The notes: generated from the letters alone by a model not told the origin. A stretch of 64,000 nt of DNA from Haplodiscus bocki (GCA_965655095.1 OZ296651.1:30256001-30320000); one strand, 5' to 3'. Shown: positions 24,809-38,540, numbered from the stretch's first letter. Program-made: numbers and translations.

Positions 24809-26699
24809 CTGAAACGAAAAGAGCCCTTCATTACAAATTCAAAAGAATAAATGACTTCTTCGTAGTTTGAAGCAGGACTGCGTTAATCCAAGAATTTGAA
24901 ACCATACAAAGGTCCGAAGTACATGATTAGAAAGTTAGAATAGCCCACACTTAGACCATTGGTTCAATAGTAAACATAAGGTTATTTTCCGCAGATCTCA
25001 CAAAAATTGCGGTTTAAGTCGGCACTTTAGTTATTACTTAGTATAGTATTTAGTATTGCTTTGATTTCTTTAAAGATGGCAGACCTCACAACGTATACGA
25101 TGTTTTTACTAACCGACACAATATATACATACCTAGAACGTAGCAAAGACTTTCCCAAACAAAACAAAATACGACAGCCGAAAAATTTTGAGAAGCAGAT
25201 CAAAAAAATTCAGCATGTAGCGGATAGCATTTTTTTCACTTTTCATTTTTTCCGAATCAGCAGACAACGGAAAAAAATCGTGATACGAGCAGACAAATAT
25301 AAAAGTGTGCAATCCTCCACGTTTTTTAACTTTTTCTCTAGATTTTTTCAATTTTTTCGCCATGCCCACCACTCTCCTCACACACACATACGTACATTTT
25401 CCTTATCCCATTTTTGCGACTGCGATTCTCACGAAATTGATGACATTACAAAGCGTACACTCATGAAATTTTTAAGCGCTCCCAGAAAAAGTTCCCCGAC
25501 AAAATTTCAGTAAAGAATAGAATTTTCCAAATTGCCGAAAGTTTTCTGAACATCAAAGGTGCCCCATGAGTTTTTTGAGCCTTACGGGCGACGCCAACTT
25601 GGCCGTTCTCGGCTTGTTTGATATTTAAAATCACTTTCCACCCAAAACGCCTGTTGAACTTCTTCCACCCATTCAATCATAGCCAGAGCTAAAGATGTTC
25701 GAAAACACCAATGTGTCTTCGTAATGCCCTTTTGAATGCTCGAATTTTTTCGATGATACACCTGTAAAAATTCTCACGATACCCTCAAAACAAAACGAAT
25801 ACCAAAACCAGAAAGTCCCAAAGGCCAATACCAAAATTTTTTGAAAGTTTGTCTTCCCAGATATTGTCCAAGGCTCCAAAATTTCCATCAACCAAAATAA
25901 ATTGCACTGAAAAACATTTGACGAAGAGCATAGATGCCGCATTTGAAAATTTTCCAGAAAATTCAAAATTTTTCAAACAGGAAAATCACCTCTGTCCTAT
26001 GAGAATTTTGAATCTTACAGGCGACACCGACTTGGCCGTTCTCGTCCAGTTATTCTCGTCCCATACTTTAACAAGACGGGAACGCCCGTATGGTGGCGAA
26101 TACTGATAGGTCCGGAATTGATTTTGAAGTTCGAACAAAATGTACTTTGGAATCAAATTTAAGAAAACATAGCTTCTGGTGAGAATTGAACACGCTACCT
26201 ATCGATTCATTAGAACTTACTAGAGGAGTATCAAAAAAATTTGGAACGAAAGTCCAAACTGTTCTGCAAAACAAGTACTAGATTTTTGGAAAAGTTTCCT
26301 ATATAAGAAATATAGTCTATACGGAGGTTCAAACACTCAACCTGTCGCTTCGGAAGCCTTTTCTCCAAGCCACTGGAGCATATATAATGTAATTCTTTTA
26401 AAAATTTCACCGAAGAGTGGGTCAACCACGAAAACAGTGGATTGATTCGAAGCTAGGAATCCGTCTTACGAGAAAGAGTTACACTGATAGTCGGAAAATT
26501 TTGTCTTTGTAATACCGCTGACTAAAAAGGTCTCTGACGCTGCTCAAACATGGATGCGACTGAAATCAAAGATTGTTAAAGTTTAAACTCAATTTTCAAC
26601 TGTCTGCAAAGCGGTCTCAATAAACCACTGAAAATTTCAACAAAAAACGCAAAGAAAATGCCAATGTCAGAAAAAAAGGCCACTTTAGGTCTTGCCTAC

Positions 26700-27560
26700 C
26701 GAAGCATTAAAAATCTTCCTCTATCTGTCAAACATCAGGTTTCTATCACCAAATATTTTCTTTCAGAGTCATGACCTAATAAGCAAAATTAGCTTTGCGA
26801 TTAGCCGCTCAACGACCCAAATGAAATACGTAGTTTCCAAATACAATTTTGAAAAAATGATTATCATGGTCAACCATCAATGTTTTCCGGTGTTTTTGAC
26901 TTTTTTATGAAAAGGTCAGGCTGTGTTCAACGGCATCCCTTACAGATTTAACCAGCTTTTGATTGAGCACTCAACGCTCAATATCGGGCAGTTAAGAATT
27001 CGTAAAAACTAATTCCCCAAAATCAATTATCGTCAACAGTTATTGTAATTTTTGGTACTTTCGGTCAGTTTTTCAGAAAACTCAAAGTGGAAGGCCAAAT
27101 TCTGGTCCACGAGTTCCCTTAGTGAAACAAGTGTCTCTTGATCAGGAGATCAATTATCAAAATCGGATAAAAATACGCGGAAAATCAATTTTTGAAGTCG
27201 ATCATAGTCAACCACCACTGCTTTTTTATATATTCTGATCATTTTCGAGAAGTTGAATTGGTATAGCTAATCTGTGTTCCACGATATCCTTCTAAAATAT
27301 AGATACCTTTTGATTAGGCGCTCATTGGTCAAAATCGGATATGCAGTAGTTGAAAACAAAAATGTTTTGAAAATCGAAGAAAAACTTCATGGCTTTGTTT
27401 TGAATGTTTGATCAGTCAATTCAAAAATGGTATTAGGAGGAGGCCATTAAGTTTGACAAGATCGTTCAAAAAGTAAATAATTTTTGAATCGGGGTTTAGG
27501 CGAGATTATAAGAGCAGTAGTCATTGAGAAAAAATTATTGCGGATAAAACACCGTTTTCC
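26700..27560. repeat. Degenerate tandem repeat, period ~170-180 bp
   Basis: Recurring ctg(tg)t(t)ccacga..tccctt...ttgat(t/c)agg..ctc...tcaaaatcggat blocks at ~26920, 27100 and 27270. Confidence 0.4.
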
Positions 27561-28254
27561 TCATCGAAGTATATCTGAAATATTGCACTTTTGTTAAAGA
27601 AAAAACCCAATTTTACATTTTATGGAAGGGTTTTTCATATAGTTTACTAGCTCGTAAATAATTATTCCAATTATCTCCAAGAAAACCAGCAGAAATCCAG
27701 CAGAGAGCCAATTTATGCCAGATGAAGATCCGAAAAATCATTTAAAAATAGCAAAATGTGTGGACGAAAAACGGACACATCCTGGTTTTTATATCTTCAC
27801 TTTCGAAATAAAAAGGAGGTGACACAACTTCACCAAACTGAAAGAAAAAATCACAGAAGCCAAGTACACGAAAAACTTCATAAAATTGAATAAATTCGCA
27901 TCAACTGTAGGAAAACGATGCCGAAATGAGTCAACAAGAAAACCACGGTAAGTTGCGTGAAACTAGCTTGTTGAGGTATACTAGCTGACAAGAATAACAG
28001 ATTTATCCGAAAAGTATCAAAACTAAGGCAGATTGAAATGTACCTGTTACCAAAAAAAATTGGGGGACTCTCGTTTCCTCAAAAGAAAAATATTGAACAA
28101 GAGATCCATAACATTCGTAGACACTAGGCAAAAAATGAAAGGTGTCAATAAAACAACATGAAAATGCAGTAACATTGGGTAAACCACAAACTTTACGACA
28201 ATGTTAATGGCGGAAACTTTTGTGAAACCCCAATGTTTACACCAAAACTCTCAA

Positions 28255-29545
28255 CTCGTAGTTAATGTATCTCCTGCGCACATCACCAGCATTCAAGTAT
28301 GGCCACAAATTGGTTGAACTGACACAATTGATGCGGGATACATTTGAGAAAATACCGAATGTAACAACAACTGATAGGCGTGGGCTCAAACAACTTTCCC
28401 GGTGAAACTGGGTGGCTTTGGGTTACAGTCTCCTTTGGATATTGCTTCGTCAGCGTGTATCTCCTCATCAATATCCTGCCACGACCTTATCAGTGCCCTG
28501 CTTGAACACGAGCCTGATATCGTGTTGTTCCGAGAAGCTGTGACAGACTGGAGAGCGAAAGTGAATCCCGATAAGCCCCCACCTCTTGAATGCCATCGTC
28601 AGAAATCATGGACAGAACCAATTGCTAAAAGATGTCAAGAGGAATTGATTACGCACGCAGATGATATCCATTTAACCCGATTAGGAGGCTGTGCTGCGCC
28701 TGGTTCCGGAGACTGGTTAAATGCCCTCCCGCCATCTGCCCTGGGTCTCTCCGTAACTAATGATCAGTTTCGGATAGGCTGTGCCCTCCGTCTAGGTGCC
28801 CCTGTTTCTTTTGCACACGCATGTGTATCGCACTAACGCGGATGAGCATGGTTCTCACGCCCTAAGATGCAAGTCGAGATTCATCCGCCATCAAATGGAC
28901 AATGATGTCTTCAGAGAGTCCCTGAAAAGTGCCAGCATCCCATCAACATTGGAGCCTACCGGTCTCATGAGAAACGACATTGGTCGTCCTGGTGGTGTCA
29001 CAATGCTGCCTTGGTCCAGAGGCCGCTCCTTAGCTTGGGACTTCACTTGTGTTCACCGTCTGGCAGTGTCGCACCTGTCCAAAGGGAGACAAGAAAGCTC
29101 CTATGTTGCTACAGCCAAGGAAGCCACCAAACGACAGCATTATAATGATATTCCCTTGTGTTACATCCTCGAAGCCGTAGCTATTGAAACTTTGGGTGAC
29201 ATCGGTGACTCCAGCTGGGCCTTCCTAAGAACGGTTGACCAACGTATCCAGGAGCAGACTAGTGAGAAACGTTCCCTTGCTTGGCTACAACAACGCCTCA
29301 GCATCGCCGTCCAAAGAGGAAATGCCGCCCGTATTTTGGAATCGGTCCCTGACTCATCAAACTGAAGCTATCCACTTGACGATGAACTCCAACCTCTTTC
29401 CTTCTCTTTGTGTATTTTATTATATACTTTTATATTTCTCATCCTTCTGTTAAATAACAATTTTTCCATTTAAATATAATGGTGCTCCGTTTTTATCCTT
29501 TGTCTATATGTATCAATCTGATTTTATGTCGCGTTTGAAATAAAT
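28255..29545 (+). mobile_element. 5'-truncated CRE-clade (RLE-endonuclease) non-LTR retrotransposon
   Basis: LMYLLRTSPAF, PVKLGGFGL, GDWLNALP..LGL, LRLGAP..C, HGSHALRC..RH, EPTGLMRND..RPGGVT..PW, AIETLG and QRLSIAVQRGNAARIL. One frameshift at ~28830. AT-rich 3' UTR ending near aataaa. Confidence 0.85.
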
Positions 29546-29599
29546 TCGTAGTGATATAAACGATACCGCTGTAAAAATTGATTGTTAGTGTGCACAATA

Positions 29600-32500
29600 C
29601 AGGGTTTTCCAAAAGGTAGATGAATTTCCAATACGCACTTTTATACTCCAATGCGAAATGTAAGCCAGTGCTACATTAACTCGGGATTGTAAAACGTAAA
29701 AACGAAAAGGTGGCCTGTCGCGATCCAAGGGAGCAGAAAAGAAAATGAAGAGCAGCCAAGTCGATAGACAATGTTCGAAGAAAAAAGTTGTTAGTAGACG
29801 AATGTTGGACCTGCAAAAATATAAGAAATCCTTATACAAAATTGACGTTACTGGAGATTTTCTAGATTGAAAATTATGAAGGAACAATCAATTTTCTGAA
29901 TGACAGGCAGAAAATCAAACTCCTCAACAAGTTCCTCGCGAGCGTCTTCACCACGGACGGAGAACTGCAAAACAAGAACGGTTAATTTTCTCGGGAGCCA
30001 GGACAATCAATTCACAATTAATAAGAAGAATTAAAGGCTATCCTGAAATCGCTAGACATAAAAAAGCTTGCGGTCCCCAAAACATCGGAAATATAATCCT
30101 CAGGAACACACCAACTCTCTCGAAGTTAGTGAAACTAATCTTCCAAACTACACTCAACAAGGAACCTATCCAAAAGAAAAAGAGTCGAGTAACCCCGCTA
30201 CTATTCAAAGATAGATTGAGTCAGATTTAAGGCAGTAGACAAAATGGTCTACAAACACAATCAAAGTCTTTGAAAGAGTAATATTCAATAATCTTTACCC
30301 TCTATAAGAGAAACTTCCTCCAACTTCAGAGTTCGGTTTCCGACGCAAAAAATCAACAGCGCTTCATTTGCTAACTTAACTGAATGACAAGAAACATGAA
30401 ACTACATAACTCCACACACGTATGTTTACTTTTTTGGAAGACTTTGACAAAGTTGCTCGCAGTACGCGTATTGCGAAGCTGCAGCATTCAAGGGGAAACT
30501 AATGAAACTTCTCGCGAATCACACCATCAATGGACTTCAGAACGTCAGAATGGGACACTATCAATTGACGAACACAAGGATCAGCGCCGGTGTCTCACAA
30601 GGATCTATCCTCGGAGCGCTATGTTTCTCGTCTATATAAACCACCTACCGCAAGCAGTGCAAATACAGATACATATTGCATACGGGTATATCGATGACTT
30701 CAAAGCAGAGGTGTGATAGCGATAGCGATCGCTATTCGCTATAGCGAAGCATAATTTAGCGACTTTAGCGAATAGCGAAAAGTAGCAGTTAGCGATCGCT
30801 ATAGCGAAGCCAATTAAACCGAGTACATGTAATTTCGCAGCGACGGTCAGTCAAAGCGTGCACGCAAATAAAACCGAGTACATGTGATTTCGTGGCCGCA
30901 GTCAGCCAAGGCGTGTGCGTTGAGTGCAAAAAGAATTTCAACTGTGAATTGCTACAACCAATAACTGCACAGGAATTTGAGCCTCTCTCGTGTTACTGGC
31001 AGCTACTTCAAAGTACCGTGCGACTTGCTTTTGACTCTTTTACGTTTGCAAGGTCTAGTTATCGACAGTTTCACTGCCATGGGCTTTCGTTATGAGCAAC
31101 TTTTTCGAGATATAGATAATACCAAGTGCACTGCTGTGTGCAAGACATGCGTTGTTACCATCCAATTCTCAAAGTCAAGTAAGTGGAATTTGAAAAACCA
31201 CTATCAGAATTAACATCCCCAAAGATTAGCCTAATTAAATTCTTGCAGCCATTTAACTTTAGCGGCAACAAATGGAGTGGTTGGAGTATCTGCGGATACT
31301 GCAAATTCTACTTCTAGTGGCACCCGTGGATCAAAATTCATTGGCCAATCACAACTAACTGAATCACTTGTTAGAAATTTGGTTGCTAAGTGCAACTTTC
31401 CTCTACATATATCTGAAGATAATTACTTTCGTGCTTTCGTGTATGATGCACAGCCCTTGTATAAGCCTATCTGCTATCGGACTGTTGTAAATACCTTAGA
31501 TGGGCTGTCACAGAAGTCAACAAAGAACTTTAATCTGGAAATTCGCAAGACTGACTCGCGTTACAGCATTGGCCTAGACTTATGAAAAGGTAGAGACAAG
31601 AAAGAATACATGGGGTTCATTATTACGTTTATGAAGCATTGGCAACTGGTGTCTTCTCTACTGTTCTTTTCGCCCTTGCTAGACAGTCCAACAGCAGCAA
31701 ATGTCTTACAACATGTTCGCAATGAATTCGACAGATTACGGCTATTCTCAAGTTGCAATGACAACTGCGCAGTAATGAAAAAAGCTTTTGTGGGCCTACC
31801 CGAACTAACAGATATTGAAGATGCGAACCAAGAAGAACCTGAAGAAGATGGTTTTTTGACTACTTCACAGACTGAAATTGAAGGTCTATCGGAGGAAGAT
31901 TTTAGTGTTGTCTCTTGGCATGGTTGTGTGGCACATCTTTTGCAACTCGTGGTTCAGGTCGGACTAAAGGCCGGAGCTGTTTATATCAGATATTCAAATA
32001 CTATTTCTAAGTGCAAGAAAATAGCTGGATTGGGCAAGTGGTCGGTTCAATTTTCTTCGAAACTATCCAAGCGTATCATGCAAGCTACAGGGGTGAGATG
32101 GAATTCATTTTTTGCCATGTTGACCAGTATTTTCGATCAACACGAAAAAATTAGCCGGGCTCTCGTGGAATGTAGAAAAGAAGATCTGAAACTTAACGAC
32201 AATGAGATTCATCTAGTTCGAAATTTCACCAAGCTACTAAAATATTTTCAAGAAGCTACCGACATCCTTCAACTTATGCCATCCACAAGGTTATTCCTGT
32301 GTGCCAAATGCTTTCAAAAGCTGTTGCCTCTATTCAATTTACCGAAGATGCGTGTTGCAACCACATTAGAGAAGCAAGCCTAAATTCACTGGAGAAACGA
32401 TCTGAGTATGTTAAATCATCGCCAAAGCACATTTTTGCAACGCTCTGACCCAACCAAGAAACTCTAACATTACACGATCGAATAATCGGTTTTTCAATCT

Positions 32501-33560
32501 TAACCAAGAAGTCTGCCTACAAAAATGCAGGGACCTTATTGAGCAGCACCTCGAGTCCGAAGAAATTATTGATATAACACAGCCTACGGCCTCAAAGCAG
32601 CCCAGAATTTCACTTCTCGATTTTGATTCTACATCTACAGACGCTACCACACATAAACGTAAAGTCTGGTCGCAGTTTCTGGGTTTTATAATTTCTCCCG
32701 TCACGGCACTCTCGATGTCGAAACACTGGTCCAGCATTGAACAAAACTCTTTGACAAGACTACTGAGAAATGTGTTAGGATGTCTACCCAGTGACGCCTC
32801 GGTAGAACGACTTTTCAACAAGGCTGGAGATATTCAGCGTCCTAAGAGGGCACGGATTTCCTCAGAAAACTTGCAAAATTTATTACTTATTAAGTGCAAT
32901 GAAGAATGAAATTTCTTATACACTGATGAAGATTATATCATATAGCGATAGCGAATTGCGAGGCCTAAAATAGAGAATCTAACGATAGCGAAAGTCAAAT
33001 AGCGAACGATAGCGAATAGCGAAAAAATTTAGCGAAGTCACACCTCTGCTTCAAAGTAATCTTGAACAGTGCGAATGAAGCAGAGGAGATCCTGTTTTTC
33101 ACTTGTCGAGGACTGATATGAGACTGATGGAAAAGTCTCAGAAGTGAGTAAATGGATAATTGGTAACCACGACATCTTCAAACACAGATTAGCAACATTA
33201 AAAATCCTTCAAATTTCCTCCTGTATTTGGAACTACGCGACTTGCAGTTTATGCCATCCGCAATGAACGGGGTCTGTTGTATAGGAACCCCCAAACTATT
33301 CAAACTTCGCACAAGTTTAATAAGACAACATCTAGCGTTCGATATCGCGAAACTGCACCTAAAGAAATCTCTTCAATCTTTTTGGGCGCGATCCGCAAAA
33401 AAAACTACAAACTGGTTTGTTGAATCTGCCACTCTGACAACATGGAAAGAGATTGTTAAGAATCTCTACGCTCAATATCAACTCAGGAGATACCATGAAC
33501 TTGACTCTTGTACCTGAGAGTTTTTAGCTCTTGCAGAAGCTGCAACCAACTCAAAAGACT
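29600..33560 (+). mobile_element. Highly decayed LINE (CR1-group) RT, split by the hAT insertion
   Basis: FGFRRKKST, GVSQGSILG..MFLVYINHLP and YGYIDDFK immediately before 30706. Sequence resumes after 33056. Outer limits are approximate. Confidence 0.65.
30706..33048 (+). mobile_element. hAT DNA transposon with pseudogenised transposase
   Basis: 11-bp TIR cagaggtgtga/tcacacctctg; perfect 8-bp TSD cttcaaag (30698-30705, 33049-33056); subterminal tagcga repeats. BED finger CKTC..NLKNH, CVAHLLQL, VRWNS and dimerisation motif ASVERLFNKAG. Confidence 0.95.
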
Positions 33561-33842
33561 CACTAGACGACAAACGAAGCGCTCATGCCCACTGAAAAGA
33601 CTCATCAAGACTATACTACTACCAACACATGTGAGCCGGCGCTACATGTAAGCAATGATGAACAACTTGAAGACTACATTTTCACAAATACAGTTCGACG
33701 TTTCAAATGTCAGTATAAAAGGTCGAGGTGTAACCATAAAATCGAAAACCGTCGGTTTGGATGTATTAAAAATTGAACAGAAATCATCAAATAACCAAGG
33801 GCTTTTGAATTATCTGCAAAAATATGCAAGTTTAGGTATAAA

Positions 33843-33908
33843 CAGGAATTCGAACCCGAGGTTCTTGTTTCACTATCCGGCATCCTACTCTTTACAGCAA
33901 TTGGTCGC
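33843..33908 (-). repeat. tRNA-derived SINE-like head
   Basis: Minus-strand B-box gggttcgaattcc at tRNA-like spacing from a degenerate A-box. Confidence 0.3.
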
Positions 33909-34481
33909 AAAATTCGTTCGAAGTTCTCTTATTTACATGTACATAGATATCGATTAAACTATACTGGGGAAGATACCCCGATGCCAACACGGTGCTTGCT
34001 TTCACCTCAAATTAAATTCATGAACGACGAAGCAAAGCAAACGAAATCACAATGAAATCACAGACGGCTTAATAGGGAAAGATACATTTTGAAGGTTAAA
34101 TCTTTCAAAATGGGCTGTGAAAATATATTTAGATTTAGGTAATTCAAATGAATATTATTTCTACTATTTTAAACGATTTTTTTTCTAATAATTAATTTTT
34201 ATAAAAGACGAAATAGTGCTCGCGTTGAAGGCGACATGACTCTGCTCAGTAGTATCAAAAGTTTCATTGAATCTCAATTATTGTACCTATAAAGCCATTG
34301 GAAGTGTATCCGGCAGCAATATTCATGCCTAAAAAGAATGAATTAAAATCAATGAAACTTGTTGGGGTTTGGGCACCAATCATTAGTCAAAATCTAAATA
34401 AATGCAAACACTAGACTGATAAAAATTTGACGATCACGGATATCAATCATTTTTAGTAGTCGTAGTAAAATCTTTAGTGGG

Positions 34482-35362
34482 TGTCATCCACACGGGTTTT
34501 TGGGACCCTTATTTCATTCTATTGTCCGACCGTAAAGTTCATAGCTGTTGTCACTCGTTACAATTTCCACAAAGGCAGAGAATACACTATGTGCAGGAGT
34601 TCTTGAGATTGTATGTGGAGTTGAAGAGGTTCAAGTAAAGCTGTGCCAGAGATTTCTCGTCCCTGACAAAGTTTGGATTCTTGTTGATCAGATTGTCTTA
34701 CTCGCGATTGCACCAATTCTAGGTAGCTTGTATCGAAATCAAAACAGTTGTTTACAAGCGCAGAGTGGCAGAGCAATCATGCTTTTCGAGGTAGTAAGAG
34801 ACAGATAGAAGTTTGATTTTTCGGAGTCTTTCCTTTTACGTATGTTTTCTGCTTATTTTCAGATGCTGACTGATGATGGGTGTAAAATCTTGATAGTTCC
34901 TATTATTTAGAGATCTCTGGTTTTAGTAATCTTCAGAGCGGGGCGTGAGGAAGAGATTTACAGAAAAGAGTTAATTCATAGTCAATCGTTCACTAGAAGT
35001 GTAGAGAGCTCGTGTCCATCTACGATTGTTGTTATAAATAGTCATCAATCTTTTTTATTGAATTACTGCTTCAATATTAGATATTTCTCATGCAGAAACT
35101 TCATATAAATCTAATTGTTTACATCAGTATATTTTGTATTGAAAAGTCACTCACGCAAGTATTGAGATTCAGAACCCAATGTCTTTTTAATAGCTTTCTA
35201 TTGTTGAGATTATTGCTTTTTTGCGTTCCGGGGTGGGCTTTTCTTATTAGTTAAAATTGAGTTAATAATAGCTCCAACAAGAAGGGTTCAAATATATGTT
35301 GCATGCTTTCGACTAATCAACTAATTAGTTAATTTGGTTTAATCTTTTTAGAAATTATTACA
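34482..35362 (-). repeat. 3' LTR (~880 bp)
   Basis: TG..CA ends; 35274-35362 matches 46129-46217. Purine-rich tract (aaagtcgggtag, minus strand) abuts 35362. The left end rests on the TG terminus plus TSD. Confidence 0.8.
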
Positions 35363-35449
35363 CTACCCGACTTTATTACTTCTCACGCCGGATTTTTCTG
35401 GGTGAGTTATACAGTTAATTGTCCTTTTTTTCTCGGTTAGCTCTCTATG

Positions 35450-37652
35450 TTATATACGTCCAGTTTGTAGTTGTCTGTTGAGTTGGGAATAGATTGGGGC
35501 TTCTGGTTCTGTGTGTCGTATTTCTCTAGGTTCGCGTAGTTGGGATTCCGGGATTAGTAAACTCTGGTTTCTCCACCGGAATTTCTCGTCGTTTTCAAGC
35601 CCATGTAGGTGTTGATCTTCCACCATCATAATTGGCTTGAGTTGTACCTTCTGATTTTCCAGTTTGTGCGAAAAGGGTAGGAATTTGTGGAGCTTCTTGT
35701 ATCTGTGTAATGCGTACGTTATTCCCAAAAGGAGTGCTGTACTCTCGAAGAATACTACCAGTCCAATTGCAAGATGACTTTTCCACGATAGGTAGTTGTT
35801 GAACTGCTTCTCCAGGGATGGCTTCAAGGCTGTGAGTCTCTGTGCAATTGGTTGTGCAATATAATTCAAATCTTCACGGTATGAGTGGTCCGGTTGTGAC
35901 TGAAGTTCCAGCTTTAGTGAGTTCAGTAATTGAATGTTCGCTTCCACTCTTGTGTTGTAGTGTGGTAGTTGGTCCACTGTTGGTATTAGACTGAATAGTC
36001 GGGCCATTGGTTCAGGAAGTGTTACATTCAGCTTCAATGGTGGAACTTTCATACACGTACTCAAGTCTGATCTTATTCTAACATCGGGGCCAATGAGTTG
36101 TTTTCCACAGCTATGGCTAACCAGGCAAATCTGGCAACCATCAACTGTCGAAGATCCGGCTGTGGTTGTTGCATACATATACGATTCCCTGAATTTGAAA
36201 TTGGGTGAAGCAGAGGTTATTAGCCATATTCCATAACCCAAGTTTGTAGCTTTTTCCTTGAGAGGAAGGGTTACAGCTTCCGTGTCACACACATCAATTG
36301 CATCCATTACGCTGCCAAAGTAGAGTACTGCTAAGCATGACGCATCTGATGTTTCAGTCGCCATTGTTTCGTGACATATTTTGTATTTATTTGAAGCAAT
36401 GCATTTTGCAAGTTGGTCCTGACTGACCAATGCCGTTCCTCTGAGGTCTTCCGATATTGCAATGTACACGGTTTCCGTAGTCCATCGGATTGCATACTCT
36501 TTTTCCAGCTGTGGCATCGGGGCTACTATAGCTTTGTAGACAGTGAATACTGTTTGTCTTGACGCCAATGGGATCGACATTGTCATTAAAAGACCATCGT
36601 TCAATGTTAGCACATCCAGGAGCAGTCTTCATTCGTAATAAGCCAGAAGCTCGTCCAAGGGAATAGCCAGGGTTAGTCTATCGCGTGATTGTAATTGTTC
36701 TGTAGCCACCTGTTGGAGAATTATTTCCAATGATTCTTTTGGTAGTAGGGACATCGGCACGTATTGACTACGTAATGACGGTATTGCGTTCATAATGTTC
36801 ATCTGGAATGCGTAAAGTGCTGCTCTGTAGGATTTCACGTTACTGTAAATAAGTGACAGTAGTGATGAGATTGTGTCAAAGTTAAAATTCACTTGTCTAG
36901 TATAGAGGGGTTGGTCACAATTCCTCATCTCATGGATGTTTTGTTGAAAAACACTAAATTGTTTCTCAATTGCTTGCCAGTTTTGATTTTGAGTTTCAAT
37001 AATTTGTCGTTGGATGCCATGCAGCATCTCCAGTTCTTTCGATACTCTGAAAAACTCGCATCCGAGGCATTTGCTAGCTGTTGGATGTTTTGTCCCAAGT
37101 TGATTGCATATGCTCCCAATTTCTCAATGTTTTGTGCATTCTGTTTTGCTCTTTCTTCACATAAACCGAGTATTCCCATTATTCCGCAATCTCCGGAGCC
37201 AAACATGATGCCGCCACCAAATAGGCCAATTGCGCCGACTGCGGCTGCAGCTAAGGGTAGCGCTCTTTTGTTAGCATTCCTACCTTTGAGGAATGACGCA
37301 ACGTCATTTTTGATTTTTGCCAGGTCGCTTTTCGCAAATGATATCTTTTTTTTGTTTCTTTCAGGAGCCAATCCATTTTAAAATCAACTTCACTCGTATT
37401 GGTGAAGTTAAGGTAACAAAAATAGGTCGGGGTTTGCCACATGTTTTGTAGTGGCCGTGCAATTTGGTCAACGTTTTCTATAAGCGTCATTTCGAATCTT
37501 GGGAACGGGACTAAAAATTGTATATTTATGAAATTCTCTGCCAGAAGGATTTTGGTTTCCTCATTAAAAAAGATGCCCTTGTCCAAGTTGCCTTGGCGGC
37601 TGGTTGCTTGGGCTATTTGAAATAAAAATATCAAGATGAGCAATTTGTACAA
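35450..37652 (-). pseudogene. env: Envelope / class I fusion glycoprotein (frameshifted)
   Basis: Signal peptide YKLLILIFLFQIAQA; basic cleavage site RNANKR followed by fusion peptide ALPLAAAAVGAIGLFGGGIMFG; heptad-like region; Cys-rich ectodomain; TM HLAIGLVVFFESTALLLGITYAL; cytoplasmic tail. Split into four ORFs. Confidence 0.88.
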
Positions 37653-37653
37653 A

Positions 37654-38161
37654 TTAGGCTTCTGTTACGTATTGTTTCATATTTACTAACATGGTTGCAA
37701 TAAAAAATTGTTCAATTCCATCTTTGGTGTGTTCAAATGAGTTCTCTAGCTTGTGATGGGGCCGACCATAGTCTGCTGTCTCTGGTTTAGCCGTGAATAT
37801 CCATCGGCTTTGTTGAGGGATTGGTTGTCCGATGAATATTAAGGGGTAGTCAGGGTTGAAATTGTAGTAGCAGGTGTCCACGCGAACTTTTTTTATGCAA
37901 TTTCATATAAGTTAGTAGCTCGTCGAATATTGATAAGTAGGTAGAATTTCCCAGGTTCAGTAAGTGATATAGACTGCAAAATTTTTTGCTATGTTTTTCA
38001 ATTTCCACAATTACTTTTTGTCCATTAAGAATATCAGAGCTGCTAATAAGTAAGCGTAGCGGAGGGCAACAATGGCATTCCTGCCATTGAATTCTGTGTA
38101 TAGTTACTAAACAATTTTTGCAAGGAGGTTTCCACTGAAGATCAACTTCAAATTTTGTCAT
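37654..38161 (-). pseudogene. Accessory ORF of unknown function directly upstream of env (Cys-rich N-terminus, one frameshift)
   Basis: ORFs 37850-38161 and 37654-37881 overlap. CKNC..CHCC motif. The stop lies 1 nt before the env start. Confidence 0.5.
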
Positions 38162-38540
38162 TTATAAATAATTTTGTAAAGCAATACTACTGTTACAAGG
38201 TACAACTGTTCGTAATTCTTCTATTTCGCAAGTGGTTCTGTAGGATCTCTTAAAGCGTCGAATATATTCGCTGAGTTTTTCAGTTTTTGTTTAGTTTTAT
38301 TGGGAAATTCATTCGACCGGAAATTTAATATCGTGACGTCAGCCAAAATTTTTTGAGCGAATCATTTCAATTTCTTGGGATATCGTGTTTCTCAATATTT
38401 CTCAATATAGTGTTTTATTACCGAAACCAATTATGGCGTCCTTTTGTTTATCAGTTTATTTGGTTTCTGTCAATCTGCTCAATGATTACGTCAGCATCTG
38501 AATGACCGAAAATGTCGAATTTACACAAATTTCAAGGTTT

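Noticed and set aside
30717-30900. Short regularly spaced repeats resembling a CRISPR array
   Set aside because: These are hAT subterminal tagcga repeats and a ~54-bp duplication; no spacers or cas genes, and the context is eukaryotic.
33955-34010. Weak resemblance to the U1 snRNA 5' region (ggggaagatacc)
   Set aside because: Lacks ACTTACCTG, the later stems and an Sm site.
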